Part shown: piece after piece, positions 26,772-36,995 of the stretch | Layout of the letters: the number at the start of each line of letters is the position of its first letter | How positions within the stretch are numbered: the stretch's first letter is position 1 | Position numbers and translations under genes: made by a program | IMG/VR virus record: IMGVR_UViG_2927124413_000004 | Coordinates: 4,417 to 68,416 of that record | Reading direction: 5' to 3' (one strand) | DNA: 64,000 nt | DNA from: a virus | The notes under the pieces: model-generated | What the model was told of the DNA's origin: nothing | Databases searched by the model: none | What the model saw: the letters and a program-made list of their open reading frames with translations, nothing else

Positions 26772-28334
26772 TCAGGCGCCCGATGCTGCGTTGTACGGCG
26801 GCTGGTTGGAGCCGATGATCTGGTTGTCAATTCCGCGGTCGTACTGCAGCCGGAATTGCGCCAGCACGGCGAAGATGCGGAGCTGGTTGATCAGATCCGG
26901 GGGATAGAGCACGTTGACCCGGTTCGGATTATCGGGATCGCGCTCGACCAGCAGATGACGCTTGAAGTTGCGCAGATCCTCGACCAGGCCGCTCCACATG
27001 TCCTGCTGATATTGCGCGATCAGCTCGCCCTTGATGATGCCGGGCGTGACGATCGCCTGGCCAGGTCCGAACCTCGTCCCATCATTCGCGAGCTTATGAC
27101 GGGGGAATTTCGAGGTGATGGCGTGCCGCTGATTGCGCAGCAGCTTTGCCAACGTCGCCAGCGTCGTCACCAGCTCATACGCGTCGTCAGTCTGCCCGTA
27201 GAGATTCAATTGATAGGTCGTTTGCTCTCGGGCGATCATCGGTTGCTTGTCGCCGCCGATCTTCTGGATCGCGAGACCATTCGATGCCAGCGAGTTGAGC
27301 TCGACGAAATCGAACCGTTCGTGGATCGGTGCCGCGCGGATCTTGTTCAAGGTCAGTGCCTGCAATGGCCTGGCCGGGTCGTTGACCAAGGCGCGCTGCG
27401 CCTTCGCCGCGTAAGCCGCCGCCCATTCGAACACCGGAGATTGCGACGCCATCTCGACAGACATGATCGATTCGACGCCGGAATTCTGCGTGACACCGAA
27501 CAGGATCAGGTCGGCATAGGCGCCACGCTTGGCACTGAGGACGTGGCCAAAAAGCTGACGATTCCAGCCCCACCTGCCTTGATCGCTGAAGCCGAATTCC
27601 TGGTCCCAATCGAACAGCGAATTGGAGTCGGTGTACGGCATCGCAACATATTCGAACGGCTCTTCGCCCATGTTCGAGATCGCGTTGCCGAAATCAGGCG
27701 TACCGACGCCGCCGGTCAACATTCCAGTGGCCGGCAAGGTGATCTCGAGACCAACCGGCAGTTTCTCGCCGCCGCGGGCGCCGAAATAATTCAGCGAAAC
27801 CGTGATGTCGTTGCCGAGAATGCCCTTCCACATCGCCGTCAGCGTCACACCCATGCCGCCCGTCGCCGTCACCGGCAGCGTGTCATCCTCGTTGATCGCC
27901 GCGGCAATGGCGTCGGCGATATTCGTCGGCGTGTCGGTGGTCGCGACGTTGACCGGCACATGGGTGCCGCCGATGTAGAGATGGATGGTGCCGGCCTCAT
28001 CCGGCGCCTTCTCTACGGTGATGGTCCCGGTCGCCGCGGCCGCGCCAACCGGCTCTGCCAGCGGCAGGCCCCAGACCTCATTGGCGAAGTTGTTGTTGAA
28101 GTAGGCGTGGAACATCCGGGACAGCTCGCTGCCCTGGCCGAACCGCATGTCGGCTTGCGCCTGGCTGCCGATCGGAATCGGCACGTCCGGCTCGGCATCG
28201 CCATCGGCCGTCATGATGCCGACCATCAGCGCGCGCAGATTGATCGACGGGAGCCCCGCCATGCTCGGGTCGACTTCCACCCAGTACAGCGGCACCTTGA
28301 TGTTGGCAGGAATATTGGCAAAGCTGATCGGCAT
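26772..28334 (-). CDS. Contractile tail sheath protein (Mu gpL-like)
   Basis: ISFANIP..I.VPL..VE, FGQGSELSRM, ARPLQ.L, DPDNPNRVNVLYPPDLINQLR. Confidence 0.95.
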   Translation of the reverse strand: MPISFANIPANIKVPLYWVEVDPSMAGLPSINLRALMVGIMTADGDAEPDVPIPIGSQAQADMRFGQGSELSRMFHAYFNNNFANEVWGLPLAEPVGAAAATGTITVEKAPDEAGTIHLYIGGTHVPVNVATTDTPTNIADAIAAAINEDDTLPVTATGGMGVTLTAMWKGILGNDITVSLNYFGARGGEKLPVGLEITLPATGMLTGGVGTPDFGNAISNMGEEPFEYVAMPYTDSNSLFDWDQEFGFSDQGRWGWNRQLFGHVLSAKRGAYADLILFGVTQNSGVESIMSVEMASQSPVFEWAAAYAAKAQRALVNDPARPLQALTLNKIRAAPIHERFDFVELNSLASNGLAIQKIGGDKQPMIAREQTTYQLNLYGQTDDAYELVTTLATLAKLLRNQRHAITSKFPRHKLANDGTRFGPGQAIVTPGIIKGELIAQYQQDMWSGLVEDLRNFKRHLLVERDPDNPNRVNVLYPPDLINQLRIFAVLAQFRLQYDRGIDNQIIGSNQPPYNAASGA

Positions 28335-28367
28335 GGCCGTCTCCTTTCAGGAAAAAGAAAGGGCGCC

Positions 28368-28691
28368 TTAAGCGCCCTGGTTGTCTTGATCGGATCTCGT
28401 TCGCTCTCGCCGTTTGGGGTTTTCTCCCTGGCGTTGTTGCTCCTCGGTCTGCTCTTTGCTCTCCTCGAGCGTGACGACGCCTTCCTTGAGCCGCCGCTTG
28501 GTAAAGCGATCGTTCGGCCATTCGACCGAGCCCTCAGGTCGGAAGCCCATGCCGTTCGGATGCTTGATCCGCTTGCGAATCTCATCGTTCGCCGGCACCA
28601 CCCGCACCGGCTTTGGCCGGAACGAATGGACCAATGCCATGCGCTCGTTCTGGCGCTGTTTACGTTCCGAGATCTGTTTTTTGTCAGCCAT
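28368..28691 (-). CDS. Mu gp38/DUF2635-like small protein
   Basis: VEWPNDRFTKRRLKEGVV; directly upstream of the sheath. Confidence 0.6.
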   Translation of the reverse strand: MADKKQISERKQRQNERMALVHSFRPKPVRVVPANDEIRKRIKHPNGMGFRPEGSVEWPNDRFTKRRLKEGVVTLEESKEQTEEQQRQGENPKRRERTRSDQDNQGA

Positions 28692-29358
28692 CTTCCTTCT
28701 CCTCTTCCTTTTCAGGTACGGGCATGACGGTCGCGAAGATGTAGTTCGCGCCGACCTGCTGACGCTGCGCCATTTCTTCCTCGGTCTCGCCGATCTTGAT
28801 GCCCGTCCTGACGTGGATCTCGAGCAGTTCGTCGGTGATCTCCGGCTCCCAAATCGTCCGGTAGAAACACGAGACGTCGTACTGCAGCTCGGCGACTGGG
28901 GTTTCGTTGTTGAACTGGGCGTTGCCGAACACATGCCGGCGAGTGCCGCGGGTGATGCCTTCGATCCGGGTATTGTCGGGGTTGCCGACACCGCCGGGAT
29001 AGGCGCGGGTGTCGATCATGTTCATTAGATACTGATCGGTCCACAGCCGCTTCATGATGTGCCAGAACGCGGCGTCGATGGTCGCCTCTGCGATCACCTG
29101 GTCGTTGTGCGCGACCATCACCGAGAAGCCGATCCGCAGCGTATGCGAGAAGCCGATGTAGCCGGCGTTGGCGTCGCCATCGGGCAGCATGGTCTCGTCG
29201 ATGATGTAGACGCCGAGATAGGGCAGCATCTCGGGCTGCACCTGCAGCATCTTGTTCTTGCGCTTGGTGTAGTTCGCGAAGAACGGGTCCGCCGCCAGCA
29301 CGTCATAGAAAACGTCACGGATCACCAGCGAGTAACTTTGGGTATCGGTGATGCCCAC
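28684..29358 (-). CDS. Putative tail terminator/neck protein
   Basis: Position upstream of the sheath; size about 220 aa. Confidence 0.55.
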   Translation of the reverse strand: MGITDTQSYSLVIRDVFYDVLAADPFFANYTKRKNKMLQVQPEMLPYLGVYIIDETMLPDGDANAGYIGFSHTLRIGFSVMVAHNDQVIAEATIDAAFWHIMKRLWTDQYLMNMIDTRAYPGGVGNPDNTRIEGITRGTRRHVFGNAQFNNETPVAELQYDVSCFYRTIWEPEITDELLEIHVRTGIKIGETEEEMAQRQQVGANYIFATVMPVPEKEEEKEDG

Positions 29359-29718
29359 CTAGCCGATCCTCGTATCGATCTTGCGGATCTCAAGCATGGT
29401 CTGGCCGCCGCCGTCGCTGTTGGAATCGGTGATCTGATAAGTGCCCTTGGGGACGCCGTTGCTGTCGAACGGAATGATGACCTGATCGTTCTGCAGCGGC
29501 ATCACGGCGAATTCGCTGTCGCGAATATCGAGGATGGTGCGCTGGTCGGAATAGACCGAGCTGTCCATCGCGTTGACGTCGGTCGGATAGGTGTTGAGGA
29601 TTCCGCGCGCGGCATAGTTGCCGGCACCTGGCTGCGATACCAGCGGCACGAACGTCACGGGTATGGCGAACACGTTGAACACAGAAGGCTGCAACAGCAC
29701 GTCCATGTTCACGGCCAT
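29359..29718 (-). CDS. Head-tail joining (head closure) protein
   Basis: Beta-rich, about 119 aa, in neck position. Confidence 0.6.
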   Translation of the reverse strand: MAVNMDVLLQPSVFNVFAIPVTFVPLVSQPGAGNYAARGILNTYPTDVNAMDSSVYSDQRTILDIRDSEFAVMPLQNDQVIIPFDSNGVPKGTYQITDSNSDGGGQTMLEIRKIDTRIG

Positions 29719-30095
29719 TTCATCGCCTCTTCCATCAGGTTGACCATCCGCTCATCGAGCTTGTCCTTCAGCACCTCGCGCAGGACCGGCCGGTCCGATG
29801 CCACCTGCCGGCCAGGTGCAAAGCGCCGCGGTTGAACATTTTTCGGCTCTGCCACGCGCGGCTGCCGCGTCTGCCGCGATAATTCCTCGCGCCCGCGCGG
29901 CCAGATCCTGGTCGCGGCCACGGTCTGGTTCGTTTGCGATCTGGCTTCGGTGTGGGGAATTTGCGGCGCATATCTTCGCGCTGCCACGCGGTCAGCTCTT
30001 CCGGCACCTGTTTATGCAGCTCGGCGACCTGTTGCCCCAGCGTGGTAAACTTAATCAGCAGGTTCGCGACGTCGCCGGGGTCGACGCTAAACATA
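29709..30095 (-). pseudogene. Neck-region hypothetical gene broken by a 1-nt deletion
   Basis: MFSVDPG...WQREDMRRKFP continues as (H)TEARSQTNQTVAATRIWPRGR...MEEAMKWP only in the -1 frame; junction at about 29951-29960. Confidence 0.6.
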
Positions 30096-30746
30096 GAATC
30101 GCATGTAGTGGTACAGCAGCTGCTCGACGGTGTTGCCAGCGACGCCGAGCGCGCCACTACCGGCGCCGCTCTTGGCGGCCGCGGCGGTGACGTCGAAGAA
30201 TTGCACGCGGCTTTCACGGTGTGAGATCGACCGGATCCCGCTCGTCAGCTGCTGCGCGACTTGCGTGCGCGCGGCGCCGACCATGACTGCCAGCGCCTGC
30301 TTCAAGGCCGGCGGGGCTTCGTCGGGCAAATGGTAACCGCCGGAATAGATGACGCGGATCGGCTCCGACCACGGGCCGCCGAAGAATTGCAGTTTGCCGC
30401 TGCGGTTCTCGAGCTCGTAACTGTCCGGATCAATCAGCGCATCGCTCGGCGACGTCACGGTCAGGATGTCTTCATCCTTCACCGGATAATGCGTCAAAAA
30501 GATTCGCCCGTTCTGGGTGTCGAACGGCGGCAGGTCACCGCGCCAGGTTTCCTGCACCTTCTCGTAGGCAAACACCCGATTGCACATCGTGGCGATGACG
30601 TCGGAATACTGCGAGATCCAGAGCTGGAGCATGGCATCGTCGGTGGTGTTGGCCGGATCGATGCCGAGCATCACCTTGAGCTCGTTGAGCGTCGCAAGAT
30701 CGTAGCTCTCGGCCGGCTCCAGCACCTTGACTGTGATGTCGGCCAT
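30087..30746 (-). CDS. Head-tail connector (gp6-like)
   Basis: LATLNELKVML...I..MCNR..., YSGGY..P.EAPPALKQA. Confidence 0.75.
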   Translation of the reverse strand: MADITVKVLEPAESYDLATLNELKVMLGIDPANTTDDAMLQLWISQYSDVIATMCNRVFAYEKVQETWRGDLPPFDTQNGRIFLTHYPVKDEDILTVTSPSDALIDPDSYELENRSGKLQFFGGPWSEPIRVIYSGGYHLPDEAPPALKQALAVMVGAARTQVAQQLTSGIRSISHRESRVQFFDVTAAAAKSGAGSGALGVAGNTVEQLLYHYMRFYV

Positions 30747-32179
30747 CAGCGCGTCTCGATGTTGAATTGCTCGAAGATGCTGCGCAGCCGCAGCGGCTCG
30801 ATCTCGGTGCCGTCGGATAACACCAGCGTCACTGCATAGCCTTCGGGGTCGACCTTCCAGCCGGCGACGGTCAGGCCTGGTAGCCCGCGCTCGCCGCGCG
30901 CGCCCGGATCACCCTTCGGCCCCGGCTTACCAGGACGGCCAGCAGATGCGATCAGCTGCCAGCCGTCCCCAGGGCAAGGACCGGGAGCATCGTGCCGTGC
31001 CATGAAACTCGAACCGTTCAGCGCGACGATGTTGAAGGCGGCATAGCTCTCGCCATCGCGATAGGTGCCGCGCACCACCGGAGTCGTGGCATCGCGTCCG
31101 CACATGGCCAAAGGCATCCAGTCGCGGTGCGGCGGTTTCTGCGCGGTATCTTTCTTCGCTTGCCAGGTGCCGCCATCGCAGAACACCACATCGCCGTGAT
31201 AGGACACGTCGTCTTCGCTCCAGGCGCGGACGATCGGCAGCGCGCCGGTTTCGCCCTTCTCGCCGCGCTGGCCTATCGGCCCCGGCTCGCCCTGCGGACC
31301 GGGCTCTCCCTTTTCACCGGGCTTCCCTTGCTCGCCGCGAGGGCCTTGCTGCCCTGGCTCGCCTTTGTCGCCTTTTTCCCCTTGCTCACCTTGTTCGCCT
31401 TGTTCGCCATGTTCGCCTCGCTCTCCTGGTTCGCCCCGCTCGCCCTTCCCGCCCTGCGGTCCGGGTTCACCCCGCTCACCGGGTTCACCTGGTTCGCCCT
31501 GGGGCCCTGGTTCGCCGCGGTCACCGATCTTGCCCGGCTCTCCCGGCTCACCTGCCGGCCCCTGCTCGCCACGCTCACCGGGCTCGCCAACGACACCGGG
31601 AATGCCTTGCTCGCCTTGCTCGCCGGCAGGCCCCGGCTCGCCGCGCTCACCTGCCGGCCCCTGCTCGCCACGCTCACCGGGCTCGCCAACGAAACCGGGA
31701 ATGCCTTGCTCGCCATGCTCGCCGGCAGGCCCCGGCTCGCCGCGCTCACCCGCCGGCCCCTGCTCGCCACGCTCACCGGGCTCGCCAACGACACCGGGAA
31801 TGCCTTGCTCGCCATGCTCACCGGCAGGCCCCGGCTCGCCGCGCTCACCTGCCGGCCCCGGATCACCCTTCTCGCCGACGGCCCCGATCGGCCCAGGCTC
31901 ACCGTCCTTGAGCTCACCAAGCCGGACGCGGACCATCTCCGAAAGCTCGGCACGGCAAGCGACCACCTCGGCCCGCAATCCCGCGATCACCACCTCGGTT
32001 TTCGCGATCGTGGCCTGGGTCTGCGCCGTCATCAGCTCGCGATCGCGCTTCCATTGCTTGCGCTCATCAGCCAGCGCGCGGCCCAGCACCTCGCGCCAGG
32101 CGTCGAGCAGCGTCTCACTCGCTTCCGATTCGATCGGCGGCTCTAAAAAGGTTTCGGACTTCCCGTTGTAGTTCATCAC
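30746..32179 (-). CDS. Collagen-like virion protein
   Basis: Long acidic GXY tract between an N-terminal coiled coil and a C-terminal globular part. Confidence 0.8.
   Translation of the reverse strand: MMNYNGKSETFLEPPIESEASETLLDAWREVLGRALADERKQWKRDRELMTAQTQATIAKTEVVIAGLRAEVVACRAELSEMVRVRLGELKDGEPGPIGAVGEKGDPGPAGERGEPGPAGEHGEQGIPGVVGEPGERGEQGPAGERGEPGPAGEHGEQGIPGFVGEPGERGEQGPAGERGEPGPAGEQGEQGIPGVVGEPGERGEQGPAGEPGEPGKIGDRGEPGPQGEPGEPGERGEPGPQGGKGERGEPGERGEHGEQGEQGEQGEKGDKGEPGQQGPRGEQGKPGEKGEPGPQGEPGPIGQRGEKGETGALPIVRAWSEDDVSYHGDVVFCDGGTWQAKKDTAQKPPHRDWMPLAMCGRDATTPVVRGTYRDGESYAAFNIVALNGSSFMARHDAPGPCPGDGWQLIASAGRPGKPGPKGDPGARGERGLPGLTVAGWKVDPEGYAVTLVLSDGTEIEPLRLRSIFEQFNIETR
31555..31860. repeat. 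Three tandem 99-bp (33-aa) repeats inside the collagen-like gene
   Basis: Unit [14 protein letters not shown](H/Q)GEQGIPG(V/F)[10 protein letters not shown], three copies; ends approximate. Confidence 0.85.
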
Positions 32180-33533
32180 GGTTGCCCTTTTTCGGTGGAG
32201 GTGGTGCCGCCGGCTTCGCGGATGGTTGTGCGGGTGATGGTGGCGCGGCTGGAATCGCCGCCGCCGCCGACAGCGGCACCACCTGCTGCTGGACGCGCGG
32301 TTCGTCGCCGAATTCGGTGGCGTCGAGACCTTCGGTTTGACGGGCTTCGTTCGGCGCGTAGATGCCGCCTTGCACGCCTCGAGCCAGCGCTTCGATCCGA
32401 TCCTTCAGCGCCGACCGGAGCAGCGCCGCGGTGTCGAATTCAACGTATTCGTCCGGCTGGCCCTTCAGCAGAAACAGGACGCCGAAGGCTTCCTCGATGT
32501 GGTTGAGGCAGAAGCCGAGACCGGACGCGATCCATGACTGCATCAATAGCTCGGTGGAATTGTAGGTCGCGCCGCCGAGGCCGAGGATCTGCAGCGGGAT
32601 CCGAAACGCCAGCGCGATGTGCTCATTCGAGAGCTTGAGGATGTCCGCGGTGGCGGCGTCGCGGCCGCCGACGGACCACGGCTGCACTTTCAGCCCGGCG
32701 GTCAGGATCGGCGTGCCGCCCTTGTGCAGATCGCGCGCCTGGTCGTTCCAGCGATCACGCAGCGCCTGGACCTGGTCCTTGTCGAGCTTCAGATCGGTCG
32801 ACAGCACCGCGCTGGGCCGTGCCTCGTTCATGTAGAACGCCATCTGCTGCCGGGCGATCGAGGCGTTGACGCCGATGTCGTCATAGGCAGCGACGATCGG
32901 GCTCTCACCAATCAGCGGCACCGGGTAGCGATGCCGCACGGTGTGCAGGCGGACGTGCAGCACATCGCGCGCGGGGACGATCAGCTGCTGGCCGCCGAGC
33001 CGTTGCTCGATCACGTCGTTGCCGGCCAGTTGATAAAAGATCTCGCCGTTCTCCGCCAACCGCGGAAACGACTCCATCGGGCTCATCAGGTGCAGCTGGT
33101 CGATCTCAAACCGATCGTTGCGCAAGCCCAGCGCGTAGGCGTTGCCGTCGAGATAGAGCGAACGCGTCGTGTTCAGCATGAAGTCGGAGATCGATTGATA
33201 GTCGTTCGGATGCCGCAGCAAACGCGAGACCGCCGAATTTTTCACCCGGTCGCGACCGCCCTTGCTGTTGAGCCGCCGATGGTCGCCGGGGCACATCGCG
33301 ACGGTTTGGCTGTATGCACTAACGCAAGCCTCGACCATCGCGGACTGGCTCGAGGGCCCGACGACGTCGTAGCCGTTTTGCCACCAGTTCAAACTGTCGC
33401 CGATCCCGGCGGGCAACCACCCGCCAGTGATCGGCAAATGCCAGGGTCCGGGGCGATATTCGCCCTCGACACTTTTGCCAACAATGCGGCTAGCGATGCG
33501 CGCCAGCGGCGCCAGCCAGTTGGGCTTGGCCAT
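32115..33533 (-). CDS. Portal protein, HK97 family
   Basis: [46 protein letters not shown]. Confidence 0.93.
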   Translation of the reverse strand: MAKPNWLAPLARIASRIVGKSVEGEYRPGPWHLPITGGWLPAGIGDSLNWWQNGYDVVGPSSQSAMVEACVSAYSQTVAMCPGDHRRLNSKGGRDRVKNSAVSRLLRHPNDYQSISDFMLNTTRSLYLDGNAYALGLRNDRFEIDQLHLMSPMESFPRLAENGEIFYQLAGNDVIEQRLGGQQLIVPARDVLHVRLHTVRHRYPVPLIGESPIVAAYDDIGVNASIARQQMAFYMNEARPSAVLSTDLKLDKDQVQALRDRWNDQARDLHKGGTPILTAGLKVQPWSVGGRDAATADILKLSNEHIALAFRIPLQILGLGGATYNSTELLMQSWIASGLGFCLNHIEEAFGVLFLLKGQPDEYVEFDTAALLRSALKDRIEALARGVQGGIYAPNEARQTEGLDATEFGDEPRVQQQVVPLSAAAAIPAAPPSPAQPSAKPAAPPPPKKGNRDELQREVRNLFRAADRIGSE

Positions 33534-33928
33534 TAGGTCGCGGTCGACCGACCGCCGCTTTGGCTGCCGCTGGTGTGACTGCCGGCGCCACCGCTCGAGC
33601 CCGATCGCTGTGAGCCCGACGCGCCGCTCCGCTCCCGCTCCGACCTATCCGATCGATCCGACCTATGCGGCGGAAGGATCCGTTGATCCTGTTCCGGACT
33701 GCCGTCCGGCTCATGCTCCTGCAGATAAACGCCGAGCCTCGCCAGGTCGTTTTCCTCTTGTGTCGGCGTGGGCTTCGTCTTGGCTTCGGCCTCGGCCTCT
33801 TTCGCACGAGCCTCCCGATCTTCGGTGATCTGCTTTTTTGCCGCCTCGCGTTGCTTCTCGGTCGCCTGTTGCCTGTCGGTCGCCTGCTGCCGCTGCGCGG
33901 CTGCCCTGTCATCGGTTCGGTCGGTCAT
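33533..33928 (-). CDS. Low-complexity hypothetical protein
   Basis: Shares a KPTPTQ.END motif with the upstream gene (QPTPTQFEND). Confidence 0.55.
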   Translation of the reverse strand: MTDRTDDRAAAQRQQATDRQQATEKQREAAKKQITEDREARAKEAEAEAKTKPTPTQEENDLARLGVYLQEHEPDGSPEQDQRILPPHRSDRSDRSERERSGASGSQRSGSSGGAGSHTSGSQSGGRSTAT

Positions 33929-34424
33929 CGCTTACTCCTTCTGGTTTCTTGGCAGCAGTGACGGTGAATGGCAGGGCGCTGCTGTCGCCCTTATTGCCGC
34001 GGACCAAGACGTCCACGGTCGCTGCAGCGGCGCCGTCGACTGCGCAGGTCAGCACGTTTCTTGAGACGACGGTGGTGGCCTTCTCCGCGCCGTCGAAGAC
34101 GACCTTGCAGTCGGGGCCGAAATTGTCGCCGTTCGCGGTTAGCGTCATCCCCGTCACCGGGGCGACCGCGGTGTTCGGGTCGAGGCTCGACAGCGTCGGC
34201 GCCGGCAGCTCCGGCGGGTTCGGCTCGGTCGGATCCGGGGAGCTCGGATCGATCGGGCTGCCGTCATATTGCTTTTCCAGCGGGTAGTGGATGACGGCTG
34301 CCATGTCGTTTTCGAATTGCGTCGGAGTCGGTTGAACATCCGCCGCATCAAGATCGACTTGCATCACATATTCTCGCCAGGCCTTGTCTTCGGCCAACTG
34401 CTTCTGTGCCTGTTCGCGATCCAT
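33909..34424 (-). CDS. IPT/TIG (Ig-like) domain protein, possible capsid decoration
   Basis: PTLSSLDPNTA..., LTANGDNF...VVFDG...LTC.V. Confidence 0.7.
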   Translation of the reverse strand: MDREQAQKQLAEDKAWREYVMQVDLDAADVQPTPTQFENDMAAVIHYPLEKQYDGSPIDPSSPDPTEPNPPELPAPTLSSLDPNTAVAPVTGMTLTANGDNFGPDCKVVFDGAEKATTVVSRNVLTCAVDGAAAATVDVLVRGNKGDSSALPFTVTAAKKPEGVSDDRPNR

Positions 34425-34441
34425 GCTCGATCCTCCAAAAT

Positions 34442-34469
34442 AAAAGGGGTCGCACGCTGCGACCCCTTT
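34442..34469 (-). terminator. Rho-independent terminator after the capsid gene
   Basis: AAAGGGGTCGCA-(3 nt)-TGCGACCCCTTT followed by a T-rich tract on the minus strand. Confidence 0.8.
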
Positions 34470-34475
34470 GCTTGC

Positions 34476-36734
34476 TTACCAGAGGACGCCCTGAACCCAG
34501 GCCACCACACCGGCCCGGCGCAGGGTCCAGTTGATCGGCAGGATCAGCCGCAGCGCCATGCTGTCGGTCTGCCACATCGACTTGACCGGAGTGGCCGGCG
34601 TGCCCGGCGCCGCCCCGCTGATGATGTCAGCCGGCGCGGTGTCTTCCATATGCAGCGTGGCCTGGTCCGAGATCTCGAACCGTGGGCCCTCGCCGCCGAC
34701 GGTGACGAAGTCGGCGCAATCGACCGCGATCACTGTGCCCATCGGCACCGTACCGGAATCGATGATCGGCCAACCCTGCAGATTGCCGGCAGCAATCTGA
34801 GCCTGGAAGGGGAAGGCTCCCACACCAGGCGCTGCCGTCAGGCCAGCGCTCATGACCTGTTGCGGGTTCATCAGCCAGGCGGGGTTGCGGATATTGCCCA
34901 TCGTTGCGGTGAGCAATGCGCCCGCCACCTGCTTGATGTCGCCGACCAGGGCATCAAAGCGTGAGCCTCCGGCCGGTATCGGTGTCGGCGTCAACGCCGC
35001 CACGCCGTTGAGAATGCCCGCCGGCCGGATCTGGGTCGCCGGGTTGGTGTCGAGCAACACGCTGTCAAGCGAGACCGCGGTGTCCTCCTGGATCGCATTG
35101 CGGAGCAAGCCCTCGATGGCGGGCACGCTGTGCTCATCAATCTCGCGGGTCCAGGTGGTGATGACCGCCATCTTCTTCGGGGTCAGGGTCGCCGCCGTGA
35201 ATGCACCCTGCCGCACCGGGATCGGCATGCCTTCACCGACGAACGAGCCGGCGATGGTCGGCGTGCGCGAGCGGGTCGGAATGACGATGCGGCCGTTGCG
35301 ACCGAAGGTCAGTCCGAGGCCTCGGGCCGACAGCCGCGGATAGACGGCCTTGGCCTGCAGCAGCTCCATGAAGTCAGCGTTGATCTGCTGCACCAGCTCC
35401 GCCGCCCAGCCGGTGACCGTGGTCTTGGCCGGCGCGGTGGCGGCCTTGACGGCCCAGTCCAGTACCGCCTTGGTCATCTCGTCTTCGCCGTAGATCATGC
35501 GCCGAACCTGATCGATCGGTTCGTGGCGGAGGTGCGAGAACATCTGCACGGTGCCGGCGCGGACCAACAGGTCGAGCGGATCGAGCTTCTTCTTCGGCAT
35601 GTTGAACGGCCGCCGGCTGGTCGGCGGGTCGTCGTCGTTCGTCTTGATGACGTGGTTGTGGATGACGGTGGTGCGGCCGTCGCTGCTGCCTTCCGCCATG
35701 TTGGCCTCGGATTCGCGCAGCGTGGTGAGCGTCTTGTTCTCCTGCGCGATCTTGGCGTTGAGGTCAGTGGCCGTGGCAAGCTGTGCGTCGCTGACATTGG
35801 TGTCGTCGACACTGGCGAAATGCTCGGCCAGCTGGTCGCGGAGATCGACTAACCGCTTCTCCGAATCTTGAATACGTTTGGAAAATTGCTGAGCAAGCGA
35901 CATCGTCGTGCCCTTCCGTTCCGCAGATGATCGTTTGGCTTGCCCGCCGTTGAACCCGCGTCGCTGGATGCCGTCTTTTGCGCCTTGCCCGGCGAAGACG
36001 AGATCGATGGTTGCGGGAGAACTCTTCAGTGACTTGGCCACCGCCAACGCATTGGGGTTGGCCGGCACGGCGACCAGCGAGGTCTCCACCAGTTCGCTCT
36101 TGGTGAAGATCTGACCGCCGAATCCATATTCGTCGTTGGCATTGCGCGACTGCCGCTCGATCGGCCGGAAACCGACCGAGACCGCGCACAGGATGCCCTG
36201 CTCGACCAAGCTCAGGATCTCATCGATCCGCGCCGAGGTGCCCTTCCTGGCGAGCTCGAGGTGGCCGCGCAGCGCGCGATCCTTGACGCGCAGATTTTTC
36301 CATTTGCCGATCGGGAAATCGCTCTTGTGGTTGAACAGCGCGACCGGGTTCTTCTTGAAATTCTCCAGATCCCAACCGTCCGACCTGACGATGTCGTCCA
36401 TGCGGTCCGGCGTCTCATCGGACAGCACGAACTCCATGCCGCTGACGGTCTCGGCGTGAGTCTTGTGCACGACGCCATCGACGGCGCGGTTTTCCCAGAT
36501 CAGCTCGCAGGCGTCCTCATCGCCGAGCTCGTCAACGCAACGGTCGATGAAGTCCGCGCGGCTCTCATCTTCTTCCGGCTCGAGCTGCTTTGCGGACTTG
36601 TCCTTGTTGCGCCAGATGTTGAGGCAGGCAGCGACCGCCTGGTCGTTCTCGCGCTTGCCGTCGCCCATCATGTCGGGGACGCACCTGGACATGAACTCGC
36701 TCTGGCTTTCGCCTTTGTGCGGCTTCATCGGCAT
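34476..36734 (-). CDS. Fused prohead protease (U35/S78) and HK97-fold major capsid protein
   Basis: DRMDDIV...F.KNPV.LFNH...PIG, LCAVSVGF..., ELVETSLVAVPANPNA, followed by a capsid domain (FVGEG..IP, LTPKKM). Confidence 0.93.
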   Translation of the reverse strand: MPMKPHKGESQSEFMSRCVPDMMGDGKRENDQAVAACLNIWRNKDKSAKQLEPEEDESRADFIDRCVDELGDEDACELIWENRAVDGVVHKTHAETVSGMEFVLSDETPDRMDDIVRSDGWDLENFKKNPVALFNHKSDFPIGKWKNLRVKDRALRGHLELARKGTSARIDEILSLVEQGILCAVSVGFRPIERQSRNANDEYGFGGQIFTKSELVETSLVAVPANPNALAVAKSLKSSPATIDLVFAGQGAKDGIQRRGFNGGQAKRSSAERKGTTMSLAQQFSKRIQDSEKRLVDLRDQLAEHFASVDDTNVSDAQLATATDLNAKIAQENKTLTTLRESEANMAEGSSDGRTTVIHNHVIKTNDDDPPTSRRPFNMPKKKLDPLDLLVRAGTVQMFSHLRHEPIDQVRRMIYGEDEMTKAVLDWAVKAATAPAKTTVTGWAAELVQQINADFMELLQAKAVYPRLSARGLGLTFGRNGRIVIPTRSRTPTIAGSFVGEGMPIPVRQGAFTAATLTPKKMAVITTWTREIDEHSVPAIEGLLRNAIQEDTAVSLDSVLLDTNPATQIRPAGILNGVAALTPTPIPAGGSRFDALVGDIKQVAGALLTATMGNIRNPAWLMNPQQVMSAGLTAAPGVGAFPFQAQIAAGNLQGWPIIDSGTVPMGTVIAVDCADFVTVGGEGPRFEISDQATLHMEDTAPADIISGAAPGTPATPVKSMWQTDSMALRLILPINWTLRRAGVVAWVQGVLW

Positions 36735-36797
36735 AGCTCGACCTCCCGCCGAAGCCGAGACTCCGGACGTCAAGACTTCCGCTACAGATTTTGAGGA

Positions 36798-36995
36798 TTA
36801 CGGCGTCGGCTTCTTACGTAGCGCCTTGGCCTTGACCTGGTGGCGCCTCCGATGCTTCGCTCGGATCGGCGCCATGATCTTCTCGTCGATCGGATAGTCG
36901 ACCGGGTTCAGAATCGCGTTGTGCAGCTCGGCATCCTGCTTGCTGCCGTCGTCATCGGTGTAGAAGAATTCGTTGGCCTCGCGCTTCGGCATCAT
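36798..36995 (-). CDS. Small hypothetical protein (possible cognate inhibitor of the upstream domain)
   Basis: ATGA overlap with the 1076-aa ORF stop. Confidence 0.55.
   Translation of the reverse strand: MMPKREANEFFYTDDDGSKQDAELHNAILNPVDYPIDEKIMAPIRAKHRRRHQVKAKALRKKPTP

Noticed and set aside
26856-28727. 623-aa plus-strand ORF, and similar long antisense ORFs (911-1750, 42862-44346, 30992-32146, 60980-62341)
   Set aside because: They lie exactly opposite well-supported genes, have shadow-type composition and show no motifs; this is expected in GC-rich DNA.
31250-31900. Regular repeats that might suggest a CRISPR array
   Set aside because: They are in-frame GXY collagen codon repeats with no unique spacers, and no cas genes are present.
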